A stretch of DNA of 63,533 bases, the filler included, from Licmophora abbreviata (Eukaryota), in NCBI GenBank assembly GCA_900291995.1. It is 8 parts of 8 records of this genome, joined end to end, with 100 filler letters (N's around TTAATTAATTAA, not from the genome) between each part and the next. Parts side by side here need not be neighbours in the genome. Positions count along the whole stretch, not along the records: positions 1 to 2,055 come from OLMU01003435.1; positions 2,156 to 12,393 come from OLMU01003436.1; 6 more parts are not named here. One strand, 5' to 3'. This document shows, piece after piece, positions 1-11,095 of the stretch. The notes under the pieces are model-generated. The model saw only the letters and a program-made list of their open reading frames with translations, made no database searches and was not told where the DNA came from. Numbering within the stretch: position 1 is the first letter of the stretch; each line of letters begins with the position of its first letter. A program made the translations under genes and the position numbers.

Positions 1-365
1 GTACGATCGTCCGTCGTGCGCTCGGAAGCAGTTTGAAGTCGCTGGTTGCGCTGGTACCGTCTAAGGTACGATACCCAGGAGCACATGATCTTCGGCGTAC
101 CGAATCGGTTGATTTGATTGGATTCATGCTACCCCGGTAGCATGAAAGCATGGAGTACACAAGCCTATAAAAACATGTTCAATTTGGCTCAAACCTACCA
201 GGTACCGACGAACGAGGCGTCTACCAGTTCTTCGCGGGCGAGCTACTGTATGAAGCACTACATGCGACATAGGGAGTAGTACATCAATAGCTGAGTCGAT
301 GACACGACTCATTCATTGCTAGACCTGCGGTCGCACACAGTGGCACCAACAATGCGGGAAACTAT

Positions 366-1967
366 CTAGATTATTTCCCTCGACGCCGACGAAGTAACCT
401 TGTCTCTTCTGTTACCTTTCGTATCGACGGCGTGAACGTGCGGTGCGGCGGCTCCCAAGGCCAATCCTGTTGTTTCAGGCAGTCTCGTTACGCACACTGC
501 AACGATGAAACTCAGCGTTATCATGACGATTCCAACTGCCAACAGAGGCGTGCTTTCGGTAACGAGAAACGGACTCACAGCACCACCTATTCGGGCGATT
601 GCATTCGCAGCACTGTGCCCTGTCGTCCGAATCTCTGTGGTCAGGATTTCAGATGTACTTACCCATGTCGTACAAGTCGCACTCATCATAAAGAGCCGAG
701 CCATGAACGAAAAGGCTATCAGCGTCCCCCTTCCGGCATCCATTGAAGAGAACAGGCACATAAGGAAGATACTGATGCCTCCCATAACGTATGACACGGT
801 CTGTGAAAGGATCCTTCCAAATCGATCGACGGTAAAAATGACCAGAGTCGTTCCAATCACTTCGGCGAAGCTGCTGACAAAGATTGCGGCGTAATCGAAA
901 TTGTAGGACGCTCCGCCGCCGCTACTTGACGCCTTCTCCTGGTCCGAAAAGACGCGCGTAATGACCATAACATTCCCATAGTATAGAAATGCAAAACCAG
1001 TCCATGCACCCCACAGTCGCAAAGTGATCCATCTCCATTGGGGTGTGAACAGATCACAGACATTCGAGTGTTCCTCTTCAACCGCCACCAGCTGTGTGCC
1101 TTCAGGGAATACTTCCATGGGGTCGAGGCCATTCTTGGATGCGGCCCGTCTCAAGACAGCGAGGGCCGCTTCGGGCCTTCCACGCGCAGACAGCCATCGC
1201 GGAGATTCGGGAACAACACAAAATCCCATTACGGAAGATGCCAAGCACGGCAATGCGCAAAGAACGACAAAGATCTGCCAGGAATTTGGATCGTCCTGCG
1301 AGTCGCCAAGAGTGAAAAAGGCAAGCACAGGGACCAAGAGACTCCCTCCCGTCCAAAAGTACTCGACAGCCAATAGATTTTTTCCGCGCTTGGATGTTGG
1401 TAGGAATTCTGCTAGTGCGTCAAACGGGACAGTAAGTCCGCCGACCCCGAACCCGACAATGAATCGCATAAAGACGAGCGCTGCATAGGATTCGGCGACG
1501 GCCGTCAGCATGCCAAACACTGTAATAATCAATGCTGCAGCCGAAAAAATAGGTCGTCGTCCGACCCAATCTCCTAGCGGCCCCAGTACGAGACTACCAA
1601 ACAAGGCGCCCATGAAGACGCTAAAGGTAATCGACGACGTTTGTTCCTCGGATAGGTCCCATTGCGCCTGTAGGACAATGGTGAGAAAGGATAGTAGTAG
1701 AATTTCAGTCGCATCCGCTGAAAAGCAGAGCCCTGCTGCAATGAGAATATTCCTCTGGAACGGCCCCATCCCAATCCGTTCAATTGCATCATCAACCGAA
1801 AGGGTTAGTTGGCCATCGCTCTGGTTCAAAATTTCCCGCACCTCGTCATTAGAACTATAATAACGTTTCTGCGGCGTCTCGACCTCAACAGGATGTATTT
1901 TCGAGATCTCATTTTCCAATGTTGCTTCGGCTTTCTGCAACGAAGAGTAGTCCGGACTCAAAGACAT
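366..1967 (-). CDS. MFS transporter, SV2/SVOP-like (sugar/organic cation transporter family)
   Basis: 533-aa ORF with ~12 hydrophobic segments. MFS motifs 'LGDWVGRRP', 'VDRFGR', 'PESPRWL', 'SEILTTEIRTTG' and 'LPET'. N-terminal 'VDDAIERIGMGPFQ' is typical of SVOP-like proteins. Confidence 0.9.
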   Translation of the reverse strand: MSLSPDYSSLQKAEATLENEISKIHPVEVETPQKRYYSSNDEVREILNQSDGQLTLSVDDAIERIGMGPFQRNILIAAGLCFSADATEILLLSFLTIVLQAQWDLSEEQTSSITFSVFMGALFGSLVLGPLGDWVGRRPIFSAAALIITVFGMLTAVAESYAALVFMRFIVGFGVGGLTVPFDALAEFLPTSKRGKNLLAVEYFWTGGSLLVPVLAFFTLGDSQDDPNSWQIFVVLCALPCLASSVMGFCVVPESPRWLSARGRPEAALAVLRRAASKNGLDPMEVFPEGTQLVAVEEEHSNVCDLFTPQWRWITLRLWGAWTGFAFLYYGNVMVITRVFSDQEKASSSGGGASYNFDYAAIFVSSFAEVIGTTLVIFTVDRFGRILSQTVSYVMGGISIFLMCLFSSMDAGRGTLIAFSFMARLFMMSATCTTWVSTSEILTTEIRTTGHSAANAIARIGGAVSPFLVTESTPLLAVGIVMITLSFIVAVCVTRLPETTGLALGAAAPHVHAVDTKGNRRDKVTSSASREII

Positions 1968-2055
1968 TGCAGTGTAGACCCAAGTTCAAAGTGCCTTTCC
2001 CGAAATCAGCAGACTTGTCGATCTTTCCTGGACTGACGATCAATTTCCCTGGCTC

Positions 2056-2155
2056 NNNNNNNNNNNNNNNNNNNNNNNNNNNNNNNNNNNNNNNNNNNNT
2101 TAATTAATTAANNNNNNNNNNNNNNNNNNNNNNNNNNNNNNNNNNNNNNNNNNNN
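2056..2155. other. Artificial scaffold linker (N44-TTAATTAATTAA-N44)
   Basis: The same 100-nt spacer, with stops in all six frames, recurs at 12394-12493, 16734-16833, 46689-46788, 48536-48635, 55877-55976 and 60222-60321. Confidence 0.97.
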
Positions 2156-2275
2156 AAGTCGAGTTTCGAGTTTAAGTTTTAGTGAGATGATTTTTGATTT
2201 TTGATTTTTGATTTTCGACACAGTCGACAGCAGACAGCAGCGCAGCTGGAACACAGAACACGGACGACAGCGACC

Positions 2276-3622
2276 ATGGTGCGCAAGCGGCCGACGTCCT
2301 TGGAGTTGCTCGCTGTCACAGTACTATTCTGTGCAAACATCACGTCACCAGTGGAAGCTTCGTTCACAACGATACGAAGTGTAAGATTCGGTGTCCGAGC
2401 GTGCCTGGAAGACCGACGACAAGCCACCGCTCGACTCGCGCTAGCCATGTCTAGCATTCTCAATTACTCCGACGGCTCATCAGCCAAGGCATCACATCTG
2501 TCGGAACAAACAAGCATTCGATGGGGAATCGTGGGAGTCGGTGATGTCGTGTCCATCAAGTCTGGACCTCCGTTCTTCCTTGCGGAGAACTCCAAACTCG
2601 TGGCTGTCATGAGACGGACACCTGGTGCTGCGGCTGCTTGGGCCGACAAGAATGTGCCCCCTGAAATGAACTGTCGGGCCTACGATGACCTTCAGCAATT
2701 TCTTGCAGATCCCTTTGTCGACGCAGTATACATCGCTACTCCTCCTGGTGCTCATCTGGAAGTGGCTGAGCAAGTTGCCCACGCGGGAAAGCCATGCTAT
2801 GTGGAAAAGCCCGTGGGAAGATGCGCTTGGGAAACACAAGCGATTTGCAAGGCATTTAAGGATCGTGATCTACCGCTCTTTACGGCTTATGTATCACGTG
2901 CATTTGAGCGCACAAGGTCGACTCTCAAACTACTGTCGGAAGGTGCCGTTGGAAATCGCGTCGATAGGATTCAGTATACACTTCGTGGATCGCATCTGGC
3001 TCGGGGACTTGACTGGGGTCAGGGGATACCATGGAGACTGAACGCAGAGAAGTCAGGCGGTGGACTTATCATGGACGTCGGATGCCATGTGTTGGATCGA
3101 ATTGATTACATCTGTGGCCCTATCGTGAATGTGACGGGATCGGCGCGGATCAGCGCGTCCAGCCTGAAGAAGCAGGACGTCGAGGACATTGTGCAACTGC
3201 AGGGAGTAATCGGGCCTTCCACTTGGGCGCCCATTGCAAGTGACGGGGCTAAGGTGGAGTGCACTTGGAACTTTAGCTCTCCAGACTCTGTGGACGAACT
3301 CGTTATCTCTGGTCCCCATGGATCTCTCGTCATGGCAGCCATGAGCCCCTTCCTCCCAATTCAAGTTCTTGGACAGAAAGGCGAACTTCGCCGAGAACTC
3401 ACATTTGATAAGCCAGTCTTTTCAGCTCTAGAACTGATTCAAGAAATGACCAACGAGCTTATAGGCATAGAAGAGGCTATGACCCCCTCCCGCGGAGACA
3501 ACGCGGTGCGTACTTCGGCAGTCTTGGATGCGGCCCTGAGTTCTTACTACGGAGGTCGACACGACGAGTTCTGGAGACGAAAGGAGTCTTGGCCAGGGCG
3601 TAGATTTTCCTCAACTATTTGA
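2276..3622 (+). CDS. Gfo/Idh/MocA-family oxidoreductase, probably plastid-targeted
   Basis: Rossmann start 'IRWGIVGVGDV', then 'DAVYIATPP', 'VEKP' and 'GGGLIMDVGCH'. The ATG at 2276 gives a hydrophobic signal followed by 'VEA-SF' and a basic Ser/Thr-rich transit-like stretch. Confidence 0.88.
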   Translation: MVRKRPTSLELLAVTVLFCANITSPVEASFTTIRSVRFGVRACLEDRRQATARLALAMSSILNYSDGSSAKASHLSEQTSIRWGIVGVGDVVSIKSGPPFFLAENSKLVAVMRRTPGAAAAWADKNVPPEMNCRAYDDLQQFLADPFVDAVYIATPPGAHLEVAEQVAHAGKPCYVEKPVGRCAWETQAICKAFKDRDLPLFTAYVSRAFERTRSTLKLLSEGAVGNRVDRIQYTLRGSHLARGLDWGQGIPWRLNAEKSGGGLIMDVGCHVLDRIDYICGPIVNVTGSARISASSLKKQDVEDIVQLQGVIGPSTWAPIASDGAKVECTWNFSSPDSVDELVISGPHGSLVMAAMSPFLPIQVLGQKGELRRELTFDKPVFSALELIQEMTNELIGIEEAMTPSRGDNAVRTSAVLDAALSSYYGGRHDEFWRRKESWPGRRFSSTI

Positions 3623-3932
3623 GTGTACAGTTCTCCCAAAGGGAACGAGATCCCAAGTACCTACAGCCGCTTGTGCCTGGTGCAAAGTCGTGGCCGCTTG
3701 AGAGAGCCTCGGCACCTGGTATCGTTGGAAGACTGAGACTCTTATGCTCTACTAGAGTACCCTGATCATACCCAATGGCATATTCGACGATGAGCTCATC
3801 CGATCTCTGTCATACCTGTCTAATCTATCAGTTATACTATGCACCGCAAGACTAGACTCACTCGATACCGATTGACTGCGTGGCAATAGTACATTGGCAA
3901 CCACCCCCACACCCAATCGTATCCAACGGTAC

Positions 3933-5495
3933 CTACGTGTGCTGTTGGAGGGCCCGACCGAGAGCGGAAAGCCGTGAACACGTGCGTCGATAGAGAATCG
4001 AATGAACCCTCGTTACGTATAAGGGATGATACAAATCATGTAGATTGACGCTGAGGGTCGCGGCCGCCTCCAGTTCATGCTTAGATCCCACGGTCGAAGA
4101 GTTGCCGACAGAGGGATTCGGATGGTGTAGACTTTCCCAGAACGAGGCAGTCTTGGCGTGAAACGAGCCTCTCTTACCCGTTGTTGAGCGAAATGTATAG
4201 AGATGATCGGGGCCGCAATCGTGGTACGTTTGCTCTCCGGTCTCCACGTCTCGCGTGTCACCGCCGGCGAGCCCCATCGTCTCACGGAAGCAGTTGGAGA
4301 TAGTTCGGTCTTCCCAGGACACTCTTGCATTCACCTTACAGACCGGTAAGACGTCGTCGACAAGACGGGCAAGCGCTGCACGATTCATCGTATATCCTGG
4401 TGCACCACCGACAAAGTATGACTTATCCTTTGGTATCCACTGTCCGAGATAGACAGGGATGTCGTCGTTGCCCTGACGTAGTCGTACCTGAGAAAGATAG
4501 TGCCGTAGGTTTTCCACAATCAAATACATGTCGTCCCCTCCGAGATGAAAAAAATCGTATTTATACAAGTAGTGCCGTGCAATATACGCCCAGATACTCC
4601 TCGTCTTTTGCCACATGTTGTCGTAAGTCTCCTGTCCGTCATGGATAAGTTCAAGCATACCTAGTTCCGGAATAGTTTCGGTCGAGAAAGCAAGGAAGCC
4701 GTCGCACTTGTGCCCCCAAGAAATAGCTTGCGATCGAGTCAGATCTCGCATCCGATGGTACGTGTATACAGCACAGAGAATTCGGGTGGCGGGACTTTCC
4801 TTTTTCTGCGTATCGACTCCATACACCCGAATCTTCTCCGTCAGCAGCTTGTATCCGCCCTGTCCTTCAAAGCCTTGTCCTGGGGCCCCGTCGCAGGCAT
4901 AGCCGGCGGACAAAATCTCGAATCCAGAGTAGGTCGAGCAGTTCTCGTATCGCCCTGGATATGGTGTAAGCTGCCTCCAGTAGTCTGCAGTATTTTCGCA
5001 ACGATATTGTGCTTGGTAGTCCGTCATGGCATTCCAATAGAGTTCCGGTTGCGATTCGAGGGCAGCTTCAAAGGATGACGCATCAATTGGAATCGCTGGA
5101 TCGGAGCGCCGAACGAAAGTGTAGATTTCCTTTTTGAGGCTTTCTGGATCTGCGATATAGCCCTCTGTTCCATTGGGGAATCGGGCCCCCGTGGTGACTC
5201 CTGGTGCGGTCGACAAGATCGCTGGAACAATACTGTCAGAGTCTTTGGATTCTGCGTAGTTTTGGACGACGCGTGAGAAATTCAAGGCTACAACACTGGC
5301 ACTTTCGTTTGCTATGGATAAGGTTCCACAAATTTGGGAATAAAGAAGACTCAAAAGGGGAACAAGTCCGATGAAAATCCAGAACCCGAGAGATCTTCGC
5401 TGCCGCACGAGAGCTTGGACGATACGATCAGCGAAACGAGCGTTCTTGTCTCTTCTCCGATCTTCGAGGGTCGCACGACCAGCACTGCGTCTCAT
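3933..5495 (-). CDS. GT31 glycosyltransferase (C1GALT1/Fringe-like), type II membrane protein
   Basis: N-terminal TM 'FWIFIGLVPLLSLLY'. Catalytic motifs 'RILCAVYT', 'WGHKCDGFLAFS', 'WQKTRSIW', 'GGDDMYLIVENLR', 'GGAPGY' and 'WED'. Confidence 0.85.
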   Translation of the reverse strand: MRRSAGRATLEDRRRDKNARFADRIVQALVRQRRSLGFWIFIGLVPLLSLLYSQICGTLSIANESASVVALNFSRVVQNYAESKDSDSIVPAILSTAPGVTTGARFPNGTEGYIADPESLKKEIYTFVRRSDPAIPIDASSFEAALESQPELYWNAMTDYQAQYRCENTADYWRQLTPYPGRYENCSTYSGFEILSAGYACDGAPGQGFEGQGGYKLLTEKIRVYGVDTQKKESPATRILCAVYTYHRMRDLTRSQAISWGHKCDGFLAFSTETIPELGMLELIHDGQETYDNMWQKTRSIWAYIARHYLYKYDFFHLGGDDMYLIVENLRHYLSQVRLRQGNDDIPVYLGQWIPKDKSYFVGGAPGYTMNRAALARLVDDVLPVCKVNARVSWEDRTISNCFRETMGLAGGDTRDVETGEQTYHDCGPDHLYTFRSTTGKRGSFHAKTASFWESLHHPNPSVGNSSTVGSKHELEAAATLSVNLHDLYHPLYVTRVHSILYRRTCSRLSALGRALQQHT

Positions 5496-6204
5496 CGTGC
5501 ACTACACGTTTCTCTTATCATGATCAGATACTTGTGATAGCTACAGGAAAGCCCGTTTCGGTGACTTTGGTTGCCGACCATGTCCAATGACGTAGGGAGT
5601 GGTCGTCTTGGCGTCGTGCTCTTCTCGCGATTTCATTTCCCGCGTCGTATCTCACAGTATTTCGTAGTAATTATGTCCAACATGTCACTTGTGACATTCC
5701 GTGTGACAAGGTGGGGTTGCCATGGGCCTATCTGGAAAACGTCATGTTCACGTGATAGATAAGACGCCATAAATGGTCCACACGTGGCAAATGATGTGGA
5801 AGCTTCCGAAAAAGAGAGGCTTTCGTGGCGTGCCGCTGTGCCTCACTTTCGAAGCTTCTCGAGCTGCGTGGATCTTGAGCAAGCCGCCGCGCTGCTATGA
5901 TACAGTACCTGGTACATGCGGTCGTGCTCATCTTCATTCGAGACGTGCTTTGCCAGCCGTTCGGTTCTTGACTCGTGACTCTTTCTCTGGACCAGAGGAA
6001 GCGAGGCCGTCAATTTCAGACTCGAACTGGGGGCAGGCGACGACGAAGATCCCAAACAAGACTCGAGGGACAGGAAGAACCGGGCGCTGGGAGACGCACG
6101 GACAAGACGCAACAAGCAGCCTGTTCGTGCTCATTTTCAACAGGACCCGAGACTCGCTCTGAGTTCTTGGGCCTTGCCGGACTTCTGTTCACTCTCATTA
6201 CAGC

Positions 6205-7767
6205 ATGGCGACTCCTGTTCAGTTTCAATACAACGCGGACTTTCCGACGCTGCCGGCGACAGGGCCTCCAGAATTCCCCCCCGCCGACCCTACTCCCTGT
6301 GCCAGAATTACGACCAGAGTTTACAATGCCAAGCAAGGCAAGGTAGCAACCGTCCAGAACGTATTGGTCCAGACTCGCTTGCCGCCGCCAAGAGCGACCT
6401 CGGGGGCTTCCTCGGCCATGGACGATTCCTCTTCGTCCGATAGTGATTACGAATCGGCTGCTTCGAGTGACGCCAGGATGGACGAAGACAGCGATTTACA
6501 GACGGATCACGCGCCCGCCACTGATGCCGCGTCGGAAGAACGAGCGTACTGGATGCAAAGGACCATTCGTGAAGCTATCTATGGACGAGTACTCTTTGCG
6601 GTTGTACTCAAGAAACGACAAAGACCATCAGCAGCGAATCCATCTGGCGGCGAAGCGCAAGCTGACTGGGAAGTCACCGACGAACACTGCGCCATCAAAG
6701 AAATGTCTTGGCAGCATATTCGACGAGAACGAGATCGCCTTGCAGAGGACCCCATCAAGGAGGTATCGGCGATGCAGTTTCTCAAAACGTGGCACGATCG
6801 CTCCAAAGGACGCGACGGCGATGGTACCACTCACACATCATCTTTCGCGGCCGTCATGTCAACCAATATTATGATGCCGCTTGACCTTTTGTCCGACGAC
6901 CGACATTTGTATAGCGTCATGCCTTACTGTGATGGCGGTGAACTCTTCGATCGACTCGACGTCAATGAAAAATTCTCCGAAGGCGAATCGAGATACTGGA
7001 TGCACCAAGTATTGAATGTACGTAACTCCATGCGACGACTGTCATGTCGAAGGCATCGATGGAAGTGTTCTAACCCATTTTTCTTTGTTGCTTCTTGTCG
7101 ACTCTTCATCCCTCTCCTTCGTTTGTACACTCAGGGTCTGGAAAATCTGCAACATGCGGGGATCTGCCATCGAGACATGAGTCTTGAGAATTTGCTGGTT
7201 CACGAGAGCGGAGCGCTCATTATTGACATGGGAATGTGCTTGAGAATTCCATGTGGGACAGGAGCTCGCGCTGCATCATCCTCATCCTCAATTACCCAGT
7301 CGTTTGGTGATATGAACTTGGCGGCGATACCGATGAATGGAGGCGACAGCGATGGGTCCTCAGAGACGGACGATCCGTACTCATTTTCAGGAAAGACTCG
7401 ACCAAGACACCTGATAACTCCTCAAGGAACTTGCGGCAAGTGGATTTACATGTCTCCTGAAATTTACAAGAATGTGGATCCGTTTGATGGCTTTGCTGTG
7501 GACATGTGGGCAACGGGTGTGATTCTCTTTCTTATGCTGACCGGTTTCCCGCCGTGGGAACGTGCGTGCGCAACGGACGATCGATTCAAGTACATGACTG
7601 CGGGCTACTTGGTGCAGATGCTCACCGAATGGGAGATCGGAATAAGCTCTGATGCAATGGATCTGCTACAACGTATGCTATTCAGCGATCCGAAAGACAG
7701 ATTAAGTCTGGAGCAGGTACGAGCACATCCGTGGATGATGAACGGTCCCAGCACGCCGCCGTCCTGA
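6205..7767 (+). CDS. Ser/Thr protein kinase (CAMK-like); intron 7018-7134
   Basis: Kinase motifs AIK, 'HRDMSLEN', 'DMG', 'GTCGK..YMSPE' and 'DMWATG'. A 117-nt GTACGT...TCAG intron is in frame and stop-free; removing it gives QVLN|GLENLQ. Confidence 0.92.
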   Translation: MATPVQFQYNADFPTLPATGPPEFPPADPTPCARITTRVYNAKQGKVATVQNVLVQTRLPPPRATSGASSAMDDSSSSDSDYESAASSDARMDEDSDLQTDHAPATDAASEERAYWMQRTIREAIYGRVLFAVVLKKRQRPSAANPSGGEAQADWEVTDEHCAIKEMSWQHIRRERDRLAEDPIKEVSAMQFLKTWHDRSKGRDGDGTTHTSSFAAVMSTNIMMPLDLLSDDRHLYSVMPYCDGGELFDRLDVNEKFSEGESRYWMHQVLNVRNSMRRLSCRRHRWKCSNPFFFVASCRLFIPLLRLYTQGLENLQHAGICHRDMSLENLLVHESGALIIDMGMCLRIPCGTGARAASSSSSITQSFGDMNLAAIPMNGGDSDGSSETDDPYSFSGKTRPRHLITPQGTCGKWIYMSPEIYKNVDPFDGFAVDMWATGVILFLMLTGFPPWERACATDDRFKYMTAGYLVQMLTEWEIGISSDAMDLLQRMLFSDPKDRLSLEQVRAHPWMMNGPSTPPS

Positions 7768-8447
7768 AAGCCTTGTCATAGCTACTAGAGTAAGAATGTT
7801 ACAGTCTTTCGCTCATGACATACGACAGCACACGCGTCATCTAGAATGCTCTACTGTGCCTTGTCATTTCCTCCCAGCGCACGGCCGAGAAGACATATGA
7901 GACGACGTAGGTCAACCGGTACAAGTATGCATAGACTGCATTCCCATGGTACGTGGTACCTGTACCTGGTACCGATAGTCTAGACTAAAAACCCCGTCTG
8001 TCTGTGACCACGGCGCAAGCCGACAGGAGGCGCTCTCGTTCATTTCTGTCCTCGTTGATTGAACAAGAAGCTAAAGTGCTCGGAGGCTCTGGAAACAGGT
8101 AAGACATTTCATTCACCCTTCTTGCATGTCCCGTTGAAGACTTCAGGCGCGTGGAAATCGTCCATGGGCACTGTGGAAGCACGGAAATCCCAGTATTGAA
8201 TGTGCACGATGGCCGCTACTCGTACTTCGAAGCCGCTGCTGCCATCCATTTTTCGTCGTAGATTCTGTACCATTCCCTACGAAGACAATTCTGCTCACAA
8301 AATTGGCCGCATGACGAAGAAAAGTTCGATTCGCGTGTCTCGGTCGATTCGTCGTTTGCGCCGTCGCTTCTAGGCTCACTTCATCTCTCTGCGTCCTTCG
8401 TATTCGCAGAGAAGACTGGCAAGAACGAGCTGGCGAAGAAGGACGAG

Positions 8448-10765
8448 ATGGCAACGAAAAAGAGAAGCTCAGCTCCGAAGGCACCAGAAAGAGAATGGAC
8501 TGATGATCTGCGACAGGATTTCGAGCGGATCGTATCGATAGGGGAAGAGTGTATTTCAGAAGGAGAACTTCGAAGTCTCTTGTCGGCCAAGGGTCGTGGG
8601 TCAGGTCACGAAGGTTTCAACTTGTACGATGGATTCGAGCCTAGTGGGAGAATGCATATTGCGCAGGGAGTCTTCAAGGCCATGAACGTGAACAAGTGCA
8701 CTTTCCCTGGAACGAATTCAAAGTTTGTATTCTGGGTCGCTGACTGGTTTGCGCTCATGAACGACAAGATGGGTGGCGATCTCGACAAGATCAGAACCGT
8801 TGGCAAGTATCTCATCGAGGTCTGGAAAGCTGCTGGGATGGATCTATCGAACGTAGTCTTCAAGTGGGCATCCGATGAGATTACCCAGAATGCACATGTC
8901 TACTGGCCCACCATGTTGGATGTGGCCCGTCGATTCAATATTACTCGAATCAAGAAGTGCTGCCAAATCATGGGTCGTTTTGAGGGGTCCTTGACAAGCG
9001 CACAAGTTCTGTATCCGCTGATGCAATGCACAGACGTTTTCTTTCTGAAGGCTGATATCTGCCAACTTGGAGTCGACCAACGAAAGGTCAACATGCTTGC
9101 GCGAGAGTATTGCGATGCGGCTGGTATCAAGCGCAAACCGGTGATTCTTAGTCACCACATGCTCTACGGACTCAAGGCTGGTCAAGAGAAGATGAGCAAG
9201 TCCGATCCCGACAGTGCTGTCTTCATGGAAGATTCAGCGGATGACGTCGAACGTAAGATCATGAACGCTTACTGCCCTGTACAAGAGGAGAAACAGGACC
9301 TGGGCGCACCAGAAGGGTCTAGCGACGATAAGGAAGACGCCGGAAAGCAATCGATGCATCTCAAGAAGGATATGTTGAAGAACCCTTGCTTGGACTACAT
9401 TCAACACATTATTTTCAGTCCACCCGGAGCCACCTTTACTGCCGCCAATTGCACCTACACCGACTTTTTGTCTGTTCGAACCGCGTTCCTTGATGGTACG
9501 ATCTCCGAGGAACAGCTGAAGCGTGGCGTCATTGCTGAACTGAATCGACTCCTCGAACCCGTTCGATCGCACTTCTCGACGGATGAGAACGCCAAGAATC
9601 TGCTGTCTCAAGTCCGACAGTTCAAAAAAGACTCAACGGAGGTGTCAAAAGGAAAAGGTGGTTCGCCGCCTCGATCTTGTCTCAATGTCCAGTGCGCCAG
9701 CTGACAGCCACGTTGTCTTTGCACCGTTGCCAGTCTCGAATCCAACACTCCAACAGGCAGTGGACATTGTTGCTCAGCTTCGGGGAACAGATAGCAAACC
9801 TCGTGTTCTTTTCTTGTCTGACTGGACGGCCACGGTATGCAGTGCGTGTGATGCCAACTCCAAAGTGATCGTCGCGTTCTACTCGGTGCTGCTTGCGTCG
9901 CTCAAAGCGCTCGAACCGGAACTCATGTCGAGTGTTAGTGTAATCTACCAGAGCGAAGCTATTCTGTCCGATCCTTCCAATTATTGGATCAGTGTTATCA
10001 ACGTCGGTCGTCATTTCACCTTAAGCGAAGTCATGGGACCCGAGATGAAGGATTCTGATAGTGTTGGTGTAGTGATTGGTAGACTTATGAAGGTAGCCGA
10101 TGTGATGGGCCTCGGTCCTGCGAGCGTTGCCTTGCCCGAGACTAGCGCATCCGCCGTCGAATCCTCGCTTATCAGCCGGTTCTACGAAGAGCAATTGTCT
10201 GTATTGAAGGCGCCGGATGTTCGGTCGGTGGTCTCTAGAACAATCGCTTTGCAGCCGGCGAGAGAGATGAATGCCCATAAGACAGATAACGATGAATATT
10301 TCCTCCTGGACGACCCCAAGGTACGAATCGCCGCTAGATGACGTCCGATGTGAGAGAAAGAAGGACCATTAATCCAACGTATTGCACTCTTCTCTCTCCC
10401 AGGTTCACGGAAAATCCAAAATGAAGAAGGCTTTCTGTGAGCCAGAAAACATAGGCTTTTGTCCACCGATTGCCGTTGCGTCAACGTTTTGCTTCGACGT
10501 TGGTAAAAGCGGTACAAACGAGCTTCTCGTGAAGCGCTCCCCAGAGAACGGAGGGGACCTCGCGTACAAGAGTACGACCGAGATAGAAGGTGACTTCGGG
10601 AGTGGCGCTCTGCACCCAGGAGATCTGAAGGCGGCAGCCACTGCTGTCATTGTATCTGTTCTAGAGAGACTATCAAGTGCTATCAAGACAGATGACGACG
10701 CATCAAAGGGTGGGAAGACCTTGAAATCGTTTCAGAAACGAATGACCAAGAAAACGAGAAAGTAG
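8448..10765 (+). CDS. YARS1: Cytosolic tyrosyl-tRNA synthetase, double-length form; frameshift near 9650, intron 10321-10402
   Basis: 'YDGFEPSGRMHIAQ' (HIGH), 'YPLMQ', 'QLGVDQRK' and 'KMSKS'. A second degenerate TyrRS copy ('FLSDWTA', 'KMKKAFCEP', 'LHPGDLK') lies in ORFs 9583-10341 and 10382-10765. Splice junction DDPK|VHGK. Confidence 0.9.
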
Positions 10766-11095
10766 TTGAAGGGTTTTGCTACCGGTACGCAGCTACTGAC
10801 CGAGAGCGTCGCTGCGTATACCAACACATCAGCATCGCTTATCGTTCAGCTACTGGAATAATACTCGCAGCGATGCGGAAAGAATATCACATAGACTCTT
10901 AACCACGAAAGCCAAAATATGACGATATCAAATTCGTTCCCTCTTGACAACTTGTCATTAAAAACAAAAGTTACGCCAAAGACGATGGTAGCACATTCAT
11001 TCCCCAAGCCCGGCCTCAGCGGTTAACTCGACCGCACTCTTCTTATTTAGGTCACTGCACACTGTAAACAAAAGTTGCACTCACAGCGAAATGAA

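Noticed and set aside
2056..2155. TTAATTAATTAA recurring seven times, resembling a dispersed repeat
   Set aside because: It is always centred in identical 100-nt N blocks, so it is an assembly linker and not biological.
2189..2216. (GATTTT)n, and GACTC/GAGTC-type runs at 12215-12247 and 61167-61200
   Set aside because: These are short simple repeats in 5' regions with no evidence of function.
3725..3790. 'ctgaga...cctgatc' downstream of the oxidoreductase, suggesting a TPP aptamer
   Set aside because: The P4/P5 and closing AGGGA elements are absent, so this is probably chance.
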